Assembly (NCBI GenBank): GCA_042570305.1
Contig: JBHPGP010000002.1
Location: 4,024-68,023, forward strand
Direction: 5' to 3'
Source of the DNA: Candidatus Omnitrophota bacterium
GTDB taxonomy: Bacteria; Omnitrophota; Gorgyraeia; Gygaellales; JAHJCI01
DNA length: 64,000 nucleotides
Shown here: one piece after another, positions 55,045 to 63,182 of the stretch
Layout: every line of letters begins with the position of its first letter
How positions within the stretch are numbered: the stretch's first letter is position 1
Program-made: the position numbers and the translations under genes
Notes under the pieces: generated by a model
The model's database searches: none
What the model was told of the DNA's origin: nothing
Seen by the model: the letters and a program-made list of their open reading frames with translations, nothing else

Positions 55045-55821
55045 ATGCGGCTGCTGATTTTTGTTTTTTTCTTTCTCAGTTCTACTCTTAGTTGTTTTGC
55101 CTATGATATTCAACCTTATTCAGAAGAGCAGCTTGATAAAACTAAAGCTGCTCTTAATCTTGTCTTCTATGCTTTGAATTATCCGGAAGAACAGGATTCC
55201 TCCGAAGACATTGATGTCATTTTAGAGAGCCTGAAGAAAACCAAGCCATTTGACGAATTCAATAATTTTGCCATCTGGTATGCAAATCTACCCAAAGAAG
55301 AAAAAAACAGCATCTTTAAGTCGACCCCAGGGTTTCCTCCCCTTAAGGTTCGCCAGGATTTTTTAGACTACATTTCCGAACGCCTTAAGTCAAACTACAA
55401 ACTAATCATCATTGATTATTCTGGTTCTCTTTCCTGCGCTGAGTTATCCTCGATAGACAAGCTGTCTTTAATTATCTTAGGCAGGAAGAGGTACACAAGC
55501 AGCGGTAGTTTTGCCAAGGGCTTTTTACATGAATTAGGTCATTCGCTCGGCCTTAGAGAAGAATGTGTTCGTTGTAATCAACTCTGTGCTCCCGGACCGC
55601 CGAATTGCGCTACCACACAAGAAGACGCTCAAGAGTGGTGGGGCGATTTAGCCAAAAATTACTCGCGGGTAAGATTTATTAACGGCTGTTGCGGAAACAA
55701 AGATTATATCCGTCCTACCATTGCTTCGCTGATGAATAATACTGACAAGGCAGGAGATTTTGGCCCGGTAAATGAGAGATTCTTAAGAGAAGAATTAGGA
55801 TTGTCAACTCCCGATAAGTAA
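55045..55821 (+). CDS. Secreted zinc metallopeptidase-like protein (HExxH; M64-like)
   Basis: Signal peptide; FLHELGHSLGLREE; Cys-rich region; SLM Met-turn-like motif. Confidence 0.65.
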   Translation: MRLLIFVFFFLSSTLSCFAYDIQPYSEEQLDKTKAALNLVFYALNYPEEQDSSEDIDVILESLKKTKPFDEFNNFAIWYANLPKEEKNSIFKSTPGFPPLKVRQDFLDYISERLKSNYKLIIIDYSGSLSCAELSSIDKLSLIILGRKRYTSSGSFAKGFLHELGHSLGLREECVRCNQLCAPGPPNCATTQEDAQEWWGDLAKNYSRVRFINGCCGNKDYIRPTIASLMNNTDKAGDFGPVNERFLREELGLSTPDK

Positions 55822-55900
55822 CCTCGCTTTTTCTATCAGTTCTTTTTGTCCCCGCCTTTTCTTTAAAACAATCAACTCCGAGAATCCCAAAAAATCCTAG

Positions 55901-55926
55901 TGAGATTTTGCCTTTCCTTTCGTCTA
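55901..55926 (+). promoter_or_regulatory. Putative ECF promoter TGAGA-N14-TCGTCTA
   Basis: Third copy of the motif; shares TTCGTCTATTTAAGC with the RAYT copy. Confidence 0.65.
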
Positions 55927-56005
55927 TTTAAGCGAGGACATAAGTTATGGAGCATAAGCGAACATAACTTATTTGTCGGGGCTCATTGTAGAAAGGAGGG
56001 GCGAA

Positions 56006-57553
56006 ATGAAAAACTTATTAATCATAATCATGGCGGCAGGGCTATGTTTTCTGGGTGGGGTATTTTTTCCCGAAGCATACGGGGAAAATTCTCAGGAGAT
56101 GTTTTGGGATAACATCGGCAAGGAGATAGTTGAAGTAAATACTGTTTGGGTGGATAGCCAGAATCCTAAAGTAATTATAATAGGGGCTAATCGGGGAGTA
56201 TTTAAGACCAAAGATGGAGGCGATTCCTGGCAGGTAGTATTAATCGGCACTAACAAAAGGGTAAATTTTTTATACGCGGACAGACAGAACAACAATTTAA
56301 TCTACGTCGGCACAAGCAGCGGATTGTTTCTCAGCCGCAATCAGTGTAAAACCTGGAAGCGAATCTATCAGAATAACTCTGAAGAGGAAGTTAACTGTTT
56401 AGGTATAATAGAACCGGAAAAGAGAATAGTTTATTTAGGCACACAGGCAGGTTTAATAATCAGCCAAGACAATGGCAGGACCTGGAGCAGATTCAGCGGA
56501 AGTTTGGGCAAGTTGCCTATCCTGGCAATTACAGAAGACAGAATAGGCAGATTTATTTATCTGGTTACTTCTGCTGGGGCCTATCAAATTGACCAGCTGG
56601 GAGGAGCAAAGAGGATTTTTGCCACTCCGTTTGCTGATTCGCAGGATAATGATTCTTACTCGAATACAGGCCAAGACACAGAGTCAGAGGAAACCGATTC
56701 CGATGACGGAGGATTATCCAGGATAAATTATATTAGCATTGATCCAGTTAATCCCCAAAATGTATATTTAGCCACTGACCAGGGTGTGTTTATGAGCAGT
56801 AATAAGGGTATTTCTTGGAGCAAACTTTCGTGTTCCGGATTGCTGAAGAAAGAGGTAGACTTTATTGCTATTACAGCAAATTCGCTTGTATTGGCAGGGA
56901 CCAGGTCAGGCATATTTGCTTATAATCAGGAAGTATGGCAGGAGGTGTCTTTAAGATTAACTATGCGGGATATTCGCTTTCTTGCGCTTGATAATTCGGG
57001 CACAATCTATGCTGCGGGGGATAAGGGCCTGTTTAAAGGCAGGCAGTTACTTAAGAGCAATGCTTGTTTTCCAAAGGAGGCTGACCAAGAGCCTCCGATT
57101 CAGAGAATCCAGCAGGCGGCGATAGAATACGCTCAGGTAATTGCTCCTCGGCAGATTGCCGCTCACCGAAGATTAGCCCGCCTTAAGGCAATATTGCCAG
57201 ACCTAAGCTTAGATTACGATAAGAGTATTACTTCGTATAATAATTCTACTTGCACGAGGTTTTCTGTTGGCCCGCTGGATTGGGGAGTTTCCCTTAAATG
57301 GAGTCTGGGCGATTTAATCTGGAGCGAGCAGCAGAGGCTGATCGATTCCCAGGTCAGGTTGATGGTTAAGCTGCGGCAGGATATTCTGGATGAAGTAACG
57401 CGTTTGTACTTCCAACGTCAGAGGCTCAAGGCAGAGCTCAATTCTGCGGAATTAGCATTTAACAAAAGGCAGGAAAAGGAGTTGAGGTTCAAGGAGCTTA
57501 CTGCCTTGCTTGATGGCCTTACAGGGGGATTGTTTTCAGAAGGGATTAAATAG
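56006..57553 (+). CDS. Secreted BNR/Asp-box beta-propeller protein with C-terminal TolC-like helical/beta domain
   Basis: Repeats TKDGGDSW, SRNQCKTW, SQDNGRTW, SSNKGISW; acidic linker; C-terminal LPDLSL..WGVSLKWSL..EVTRLYFQRQRL; AGGAGG RBS. Confidence 0.7.
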   Translation: MKNLLIIIMAAGLCFLGGVFFPEAYGENSQEMFWDNIGKEIVEVNTVWVDSQNPKVIIIGANRGVFKTKDGGDSWQVVLIGTNKRVNFLYADRQNNNLIYVGTSSGLFLSRNQCKTWKRIYQNNSEEEVNCLGIIEPEKRIVYLGTQAGLIISQDNGRTWSRFSGSLGKLPILAITEDRIGRFIYLVTSAGAYQIDQLGGAKRIFATPFADSQDNDSYSNTGQDTESEETDSDDGGLSRINYISIDPVNPQNVYLATDQGVFMSSNKGISWSKLSCSGLLKKEVDFIAITANSLVLAGTRSGIFAYNQEVWQEVSLRLTMRDIRFLALDNSGTIYAAGDKGLFKGRQLLKSNACFPKEADQEPPIQRIQQAAIEYAQVIAPRQIAAHRRLARLKAILPDLSLDYDKSITSYNNSTCTRFSVGPLDWGVSLKWSLGDLIWSEQQRLIDSQVRLMVKLRQDILDEVTRLYFQRQRLKAELNSAELAFNKRQEKELRFKELTALLDGLTGGLFSEGIK

Positions 57554-57670
57554 AAATCGGTATTTGTTCTCTTATGGCGAACAGCGACGGATTATTTTTT
57601 CTGTTGCAGAGAGGAAAAGATGTCCATTAATTTAAACCCTCTTCTTCTCCGGGGGTTTAGAAAAATAGAC

Positions 57671-57699
57671 TTGACAGAATAAATATTTGTTTTTATACT
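57671..57699 (+). promoter_or_regulatory. sigma70 promoter
   Basis: TTGACA-N17-TATACT. Confidence 0.7.
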
Positions 57700-57726
57700 A
57701 AAAAAGAAAAGAAAGAGAGGTGAGAG

Positions 57727-57936
57727 TTGATAACCAAAATTGGAATTGTTGCGGGAGAGATTTGGCATTTCCTTGACCAGCGTAACCAAGTGTCCCTGTC
57801 TGAATTACTGAAGAACATAGAGCAACCCCGGGATATGATTCTGATGAGCCTGGGTTGGCTGGCTCGCGAAGGCCACGTGGTTCTGCGTGTCCTTGAAGAT
57901 GACCATATAATATCGCTAAGAAGAGGGAACCGTTAA
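57727..57936 (+). CDS. Small winged-helix protein (DUF2582-like)
   Basis: IGIVAGEIWHFL...MSLGWLAREG motif; TTG start with GAGG RBS. Confidence 0.82.
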   Translation: MITKIGIVAGEIWHFLDQRNQVSLSELLKNIEQPRDMILMSLGWLAREGHVVLRVLEDDHIISLRRGNR

Positions 57937-57939
57937 GAT

Positions 57940-58317
57940 ATGAATTCCAGGGGCATAACTTTGGTTATACTAATATCGTTTATTATGGCTGTGGTAGTAA
58001 TTGCCAATATTGCTTTAGTTCTCATGTCCAACCAAGGTCGGTTTGGCCATCTTCAGGTCAGCCGTATCCAGGCTCATTATGCAGCTCTGGCAGGTATAAA
58101 TTACGCGCTGGAGAGGTTAAGGGTGAATGATGCTAACTGGCCCATACCGGATTCCAGTTCTCCGTACTCTCACGATCTCTGCAGGGGGTGTATTTCTCCT
58201 GATATTAATGAGCCTGATCTTCCCGATTCAATTGTTGATGTTACAATTTCGGTTTCTGATTCTGATGACGACGGCATTGTGGAAATCAGCGCCACGGCTG
58301 ACTACACCTATAATTAA
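57940..58317 (+). CDS. PilX/GspK-like minor pilin
   Basis: Prepilin-like MNSRG|ITLVIL.. hydrophobic helix without Glu5; QAHYAALAGINYAL. Confidence 0.65.
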   Translation: MNSRGITLVILISFIMAVVVIANIALVLMSNQGRFGHLQVSRIQAHYAALAGINYALERLRVNDANWPIPDSSSPYSHDLCRGCISPDINEPDLPDSIVDVTISVSDSDDDGIVEISATADYTYN

Positions 58318-58554
58318 ATCCAACCCGCGTTTCCTTCCAAATAGCCCAAATTACAAACAGTTATAAAATTTTATCATCTGAGTAAAAATAAGTAATTGTA
58401 AGTAAATCTGCTTGATTAAGCATATCGACGAGATTCTCGCCTTTCTTTAAGCTATAGCAATCCGTATGTAAAAAATGCTTGACAAATCTAAAAAAGATGT
58501 TTTACTGGTATATAATATGAAATAAGGTAATCCAAGTAAATCTAAGTAAATACA

Positions 58555-58740
58555 ATGTCATTGAACAGGTTAATGGATGTTGATGAACTGGCCGATTATT
58601 TAAGGCTCAAGCGCCAGACTATCTATAACTGGCTTAACCAGAATAAGATCTCCGGCATAAAGATTGGCGGGGTCTGGCGGTTTAACAAGCGGGATATCGA
58701 CAAGTGGTTAAAAAGCAAGCAGAGAAAAAACACAGGTTAA
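58555..58740 (+). CDS. Excisionase-like (HTH_17/MerR-like) DNA-binding protein, copy 1
   Basis: LMDVDELADYLRL.RQTIYNW...KIGGVWRF....IDKWL. Confidence 0.85.
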   Translation: MSLNRLMDVDELADYLRLKRQTIYNWLNQNKISGIKIGGVWRFNKRDIDKWLKSKQRKNTG

Positions 58741-58889
58741 TGGATGTTGATGAACTGGCCGATTATTTAAGGCTCAAGCGCCAGACTATCTATAACTGGC
58801 TTAACCAGAATAAGATCTCCGGCATAAAGATTGGCGGGGTCTGGCGGTTTAACAAGCGGGATATCGACAAGTGGTTAAAAAGCAAGCAG
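58565..58889 (+). repeat. Exact 158-bp direct duplication (58565-58722 / 58732-58889)
   Basis: Two identical copies separated by AGAAAAAAC. Confidence 0.9.
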
Positions 58890-58895
58890 CGTTAG
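58740..58895 (+). CDS. Excisionase-like HTH protein, copy 2
   Basis: TAATG stop/start overlap with copy 1; identical sequence. Confidence 0.7.
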   Translation: MDVDELADYLRLKRQTIYNWLNQNKISGIKIGGVWRFNKRDIDKWLKSKQR

Positions 58896-58904
58896 GAGAA
58901 ACGG

Positions 58905-60425
58905 ATGTCTGAATTTGGCATATATTTTGGTACCGAAGTCATCAGTATAGCAGAATTCAAAGGAAGGAAAGAGGCTGCGCGCTTTTTCTCCGTGCCAAAG
59001 ACAGGGCTCCTCAAGTCTACGCCGGAAGAGAAAGAGGCCAAAGGATCAAAATTGGCATCTATCTTAAAAGAGGCGTTTGCGAAAAACAGCATTGCCCCAA
59101 ATAATGTCAATATTGCACTTTCCGGAGAAAACCTGATTATACGCACCTTTGATTTGCCGGTCTTCTTATCCAGGCAGGAGTTGGAATATCCTGCCATTGC
59201 CTTTGAAGCCAAGAAATACATCCCCTTTAAAATAGAAGAGATTGTATTTGATTTCCGTCTTCTTCCTGACAAAAAAAATAAGAAAATCCTGGTATTGTTC
59301 GCCGGCATAAAAAACGAAACCCTGCGCAGGTACTTTGCCCTTTTTGAAGAACTGGGGATTAAGATAAGGTTGATCGAATACTCCGGCTTTAGCATCTTAC
59401 GGCTTTTAGACTTGAGCAGATTTAAATATAAGGGCGTCCTCGGATTGCTCAGTCTGGACTTTCAGGAAGAGACGAACTTCATAGTTTGCCAGGACGGCTT
59501 CCCGCTGTTTACACGCGATATAACCTTAACCTCAAAATCTCAAGGAGAGGATAAGGCAGACCTGATAAAAGGATTAAAAAGCGAAATCCGAATTTCCCTG
59601 GATTACTTCCGGCGTAAATTCCCCACCAAGTCCCTGCAGAATCTAGTTATTCTCAGTCCGCCAGAATTTCACGCAGAGATAGGCACACTGACCAAAGATT
59701 TAGGTTTATCGGCAGCGCCTTTAGAAATATCCAAGTTTTTAGGCAATCAGATAAAGTTTAGCAGTGCGTTGTTGAGGTCCTACTCCACAGCCGTAAGCCG
59801 TACTCAGAAACTCCGTTTTCCAATTAACCTCCTGAAACCGGCAATGAAAAAAGAGGAAGTCAAAGGGTTATCGATTCAGGCAATCCCGGCATTAATGAAA
59901 ATGATAAAGATAAACCCGAAAGTAGCGCTAATTGCGTTTTTGATTATAGCTGTCACGGCGGGATGGGGATTCAGCAGGATACTGCCCTTGGAAAACACCT
60001 TAAAGATTGCCAGGTCTAACCAGCCGGTAATACAAGGAATTTCCGCAGGGGGTAATTTGAAGTTTCTTGAGCAAACCGAGGCTGAATATACCGGCAAGAT
60101 GAAGGTTATGAAAGAGATACTGGGCAGCAGGTTTTATTTGACCGAAGCCTTCGATATTATTCCTTATCTTATGCCGCAAGGCGCCTGGTTGGATGCAATC
60201 TCTTTTAAGGCCCAGGAGAATGCTCTCGAATTAAAGCTTGAGGGAGTGGTTTTTCTCCGAAATTCAAATAAAGAATTTGAAGCGGTTAATGATTTTATCC
60301 TGGCATTAAAGAAAGATTCCAAGTTTAGCCGGAATTTCAGAGAAATAAATGTGTTTTCCATGGAGAGGGTCGCGTTTAAAAAATTAGATTCAGAAGTTAC
60401 TAAATTTAAGCTCTTATGTCGTTAA
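58905..60425 (+). CDS. pilM: Type IV pilus assembly PilM-like protein fused to a PilN-like domain
   Basis: Actin-like PilM region (FEAKKYIPF, EIRISLDYF), INLL motif, TM, then PilN-like MPQGAWL..I..L.G. Confidence 0.75.
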   Translation: MSEFGIYFGTEVISIAEFKGRKEAARFFSVPKTGLLKSTPEEKEAKGSKLASILKEAFAKNSIAPNNVNIALSGENLIIRTFDLPVFLSRQELEYPAIAFEAKKYIPFKIEEIVFDFRLLPDKKNKKILVLFAGIKNETLRRYFALFEELGIKIRLIEYSGFSILRLLDLSRFKYKGVLGLLSLDFQEETNFIVCQDGFPLFTRDITLTSKSQGEDKADLIKGLKSEIRISLDYFRRKFPTKSLQNLVILSPPEFHAEIGTLTKDLGLSAAPLEISKFLGNQIKFSSALLRSYSTAVSRTQKLRFPINLLKPAMKKEEVKGLSIQAIPALMKMIKINPKVALIAFLIIAVTAGWGFSRILPLENTLKIARSNQPVIQGISAGGNLKFLEQTEAEYTGKMKVMKEILGSRFYLTEAFDIIPYLMPQGAWLDAISFKAQENALELKLEGVVFLRNSNKEFEAVNDFILALKKDSKFSRNFREINVFSMERVAFKKLDSEVTKFKLLCR

Positions 60426-60970
60426 CAGAATTAATCAAAGCAAAGAAGGTCGGCCCCAACCAGATTGTGAGCCTTGCGCTCTTGGCCTTGGCTTGTCTGA
60501 TCGCGATAAATATCTATCAGAAGCAGAGTAAGAAAATTACCCAGGTTGAACAGCTTTATCAAGAGCAGAATAAGAAGAACGCGGTATTGCTGCGCATCGG
60601 AGACATAATGGCAGGCATCAAGGTTTATCAGGAGCGTTTACAATCCCAAGACATAAGGCAGATTATTAATAAGATTACGGATATAGCACGTTCCAGCAAA
60701 ATAGATATTACTGCCATAAAGCCTCAAGCGCAGACCAGCCAAAGTAAAAGCAAAATATACGATAAGACCTTTTTTGAAGTTTCCTTAAGCGCCGATGGGT
60801 ATCATGAATTAGGCGAGTTTATCAGCAGGTTGGAAAATGATCCGATTGTATTCGTAGTCGAATCCCTCACCTTAAACAGGGGGACAGATCTCAATCAAAT
60901 TCAATCGGATACAACGGAAGTGAAGTTAAAGGCGAGATTAATTATCAGCCAGCTGTTTTTTATTGATTGA
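60416..60970 (+). CDS. pilO: Type IV pilus assembly protein PilO
   Basis: TM, coiled coil, 'ITAIKP', 'GYHELGEFISRLE'. Confidence 0.8.
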   Translation: MSLTELIKAKKVGPNQIVSLALLALACLIAINIYQKQSKKITQVEQLYQEQNKKNAVLLRIGDIMAGIKVYQERLQSQDIRQIINKITDIARSSKIDITAIKPQAQTSQSKSKIYDKTFFEVSLSADGYHELGEFISRLENDPIVFVVESLTLNRGTDLNQIQSDTTEVKLKARLIISQLFFID

Positions 60971-61527
60971 TGGTTAGAGAGATGAAATACCAGGTTATTG
61001 CTGAATTTCGGCCCGCTATCATCGCATTATCGTGTTTGTCGATACTGCTGGGATTTTCTTTAGCCGGATTTTCGCAGAGCGATGACGGCCTAGTGCCGCA
61101 ACCTCCCGGAAAGCAAAAAGTAAATGCAAGAGGAAAGCCCATAGAGGAAAATAGCGTCGACTACACCGCCTCCGGACTCAGGGACCCCTTTTACTCTCCA
61201 CTCTTTGCTCCTGTGGAGAAAGCAAAGCCTGCGCCTATGTCTATGTCGGAAGGAATGCCAGTAGAAGTAGTAATTCCCCGCAAGATCTCAGAAATGTTTT
61301 CATTTTCAATCCAGGGGATAATCTGGAATTCTAATAATCCAATCGTGATTATCAATAATCAGGTATTAAGAAAAGGAGATACCCTGATAGTGACTACAGG
61401 CAAGGGTGCAACCGAGGAAGTTACCGTTGAAGATATTGTTAAAGACGGTGTGACCATAGGTTATGCCGGGCTGAGCGAAAAATTCGCTCTCTCCGGTATT
61501 GCCCGGATTTCGGGTATTAGAAAATAA
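60967..61527 (+). CDS. PilP/GspB-like pilus protein
   Basis: Signal/TM, LRDPF, IQGIIW..PIVIIN..L.KGD; position between pilO and the secretin. Confidence 0.6.
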   Translation: MMVREMKYQVIAEFRPAIIALSCLSILLGFSLAGFSQSDDGLVPQPPGKQKVNARGKPIEENSVDYTASGLRDPFYSPLFAPVEKAKPAPMSMSEGMPVEVVIPRKISEMFSFSIQGIIWNSNNPIVIINNQVLRKGDTLIVTTGKGATEEVTVEDIVKDGVTIGYAGLSEKFALSGIARISGIRK

Positions 61528-61596
61528 AGAATAAGCAAAGACGATGTTTTCATCAGGATAAAAACATACAGGCCTGAATATCCAAAGGAGGAAGAA

Positions 61597-63177
61597 ATGA
61601 AAAATTTTAAAATCCGCATCGCAATCATGAAATTTAATTTTTTAGTTCTGCTTTTTGCTCTTGGGTTTTTTATTTCTTGCGCCTATGCCCAAGAAAGCCA
61701 GGAAGGTGCTCAGGGGCCTTCTGGTTCTCCCCAGTTGATTTCAATGGATTTTAAGGATGCCGGCCTTAAAGACGTGCTTAAGGCGCTTTCCATTCAGTCA
61801 GGGGTAAACTTCATTGCCTCCCAGGAAATTGAGGACCGCACGGTGACCCTATACCTTGACGGGGTTTCTGCAAAGGAAGCCATGGATAAATTATTTAAGG
61901 CCAGTAAGTTAGAATATGAGTATTATGAAGAGGACAAAATCGCCCTTATAAAAAAGGCAGAGCCCATAGTCGAAACAATGACTAAAGTTTTTCCGCTTAA
62001 ATACGCGCATGTTTCCAGTTCATCCATAGAGAAAGACCTGGGAGAGGGGGATCTGGAGGAGCTTACGAAAAAGATCAGCTCAGGGCAAGGCTCAGGAGAG
62101 CAGCTGGCGGGAATAAGCACAGTAGTGCAGGAATTGCTTTCAGCGCAGGGTAAACTAAACGAAGACCCGCGCACCAACAGCCTGATTATTACCGACCTGC
62201 CTAACCGCTTTCCGATAATTGAGAAAACCATAAAAGAATTGGATATTGCCGTGCCCCAGGTTATGTTAGAAGTCGAAATACTGGATGTGAGTAAGGACAT
62301 AGTTGATAAGCTCGGATTTAATTTTGAAAGCGACGGTTTCGGTGAGAATCCCCTTACCGTGATACTGCCCGGAGACTTCGTGCAAAAGGATGCCAGGTTC
62401 TTTATGGGGAACAAGAGCCTGTATGGAGTAAAAAAACTGGCGACGGCAGGAAGCGGTTCGATGATTTTCGGGAATACTTTCGCAGGGGTTTTGGACTTGC
62501 TGCGTACTCAGAAAGATACGAGATATTTAGCCCGCCCGCGCATACTCACCTTGAGCAACGAGATAGCAGAGATCAATATTACTTCCAATATAGTGATGCA
62601 GGTTAAAAAGGAATATCAATACGATGATTCTGGTAACGTTACGGAGGTGACCTGGACTCCTGAGAGAAGCGATGCGGTAGGCAGGAGAAAAGACCCGGGA
62701 ATAACGCTTAAGGTTATACCGGTGATAAACAGCGATAATATGGTGACCATGCGAATAGAGCCGGCGATAAGGACTATTACCTCTTCGACAATAGTGGCAG
62801 ATCTGGAGTCGGAGGTCGGCAGGTATTACGACCTGGATGAACGAACTACCAAAACTACGGTCAAGGTTAGCGACGGAGAGACCGTGATTGTGGGTGGGCT
62901 CATCCATAAAGACAGAAGCGTAGAATTAAACAAAGTGCCCATTTTGGGAGATATTCCGATTATCGGCGCTTTATTCAGGCATAAGAACAAGGACAAAGAT
63001 ATCGAACGGGAATTGCTCGTATTTATTACTCCGCGCATAGTGGAGAATGACTCTGCCAGATGGGCAGGGGATAACGGTATGGATTTATTTTCGGATGCGC
63101 AAGCTTTTGCCCCGGAGGAGGCTCGCTTGTCTGCGATAGAGGATGCTCTCGACAGCTTCAGGGACGAACGCTATTAA
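61597..63177 (+). CDS. pilQ: Secretin (PilQ/GspD family)
   Basis: ISMDFKDA.LKDVL, DPRTNSLII, PQVMLEVEI, ARPRILTLSN, GETVIVGGL, KVPILGDIPIIG.LF, ELLVFITPRIV. Confidence 0.9.
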   Translation: MKNFKIRIAIMKFNFLVLLFALGFFISCAYAQESQEGAQGPSGSPQLISMDFKDAGLKDVLKALSIQSGVNFIASQEIEDRTVTLYLDGVSAKEAMDKLFKASKLEYEYYEEDKIALIKKAEPIVETMTKVFPLKYAHVSSSSIEKDLGEGDLEELTKKISSGQGSGEQLAGISTVVQELLSAQGKLNEDPRTNSLIITDLPNRFPIIEKTIKELDIAVPQVMLEVEILDVSKDIVDKLGFNFESDGFGENPLTVILPGDFVQKDARFFMGNKSLYGVKKLATAGSGSMIFGNTFAGVLDLLRTQKDTRYLARPRILTLSNEIAEINITSNIVMQVKKEYQYDDSGNVTEVTWTPERSDAVGRRKDPGITLKVIPVINSDNMVTMRIEPAIRTITSSTIVADLESEVGRYYDLDERTTKTTVKVSDGETVIVGGLIHKDRSVELNKVPILGDIPIIGALFRHKNKDKDIERELLVFITPRIVENDSARWAGDNGMDLFSDAQAFAPEEARLSAIEDALDSFRDERY

Positions 63178-63182
63178 TTCTT

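Noticed and set aside
58429-58454. Fourth ECF motif copy (CGAGA-N14-TAAGCTA) upstream of the HTH/pilus operon
   Set aside because: The -35 part and spacer resemble the 55901 copy, but the CGTC core is absent
58555-58895. Prophage or ICE excisionase
   Set aside because: No integrase or phage genes; context indicates a regulator heading the pilus operon
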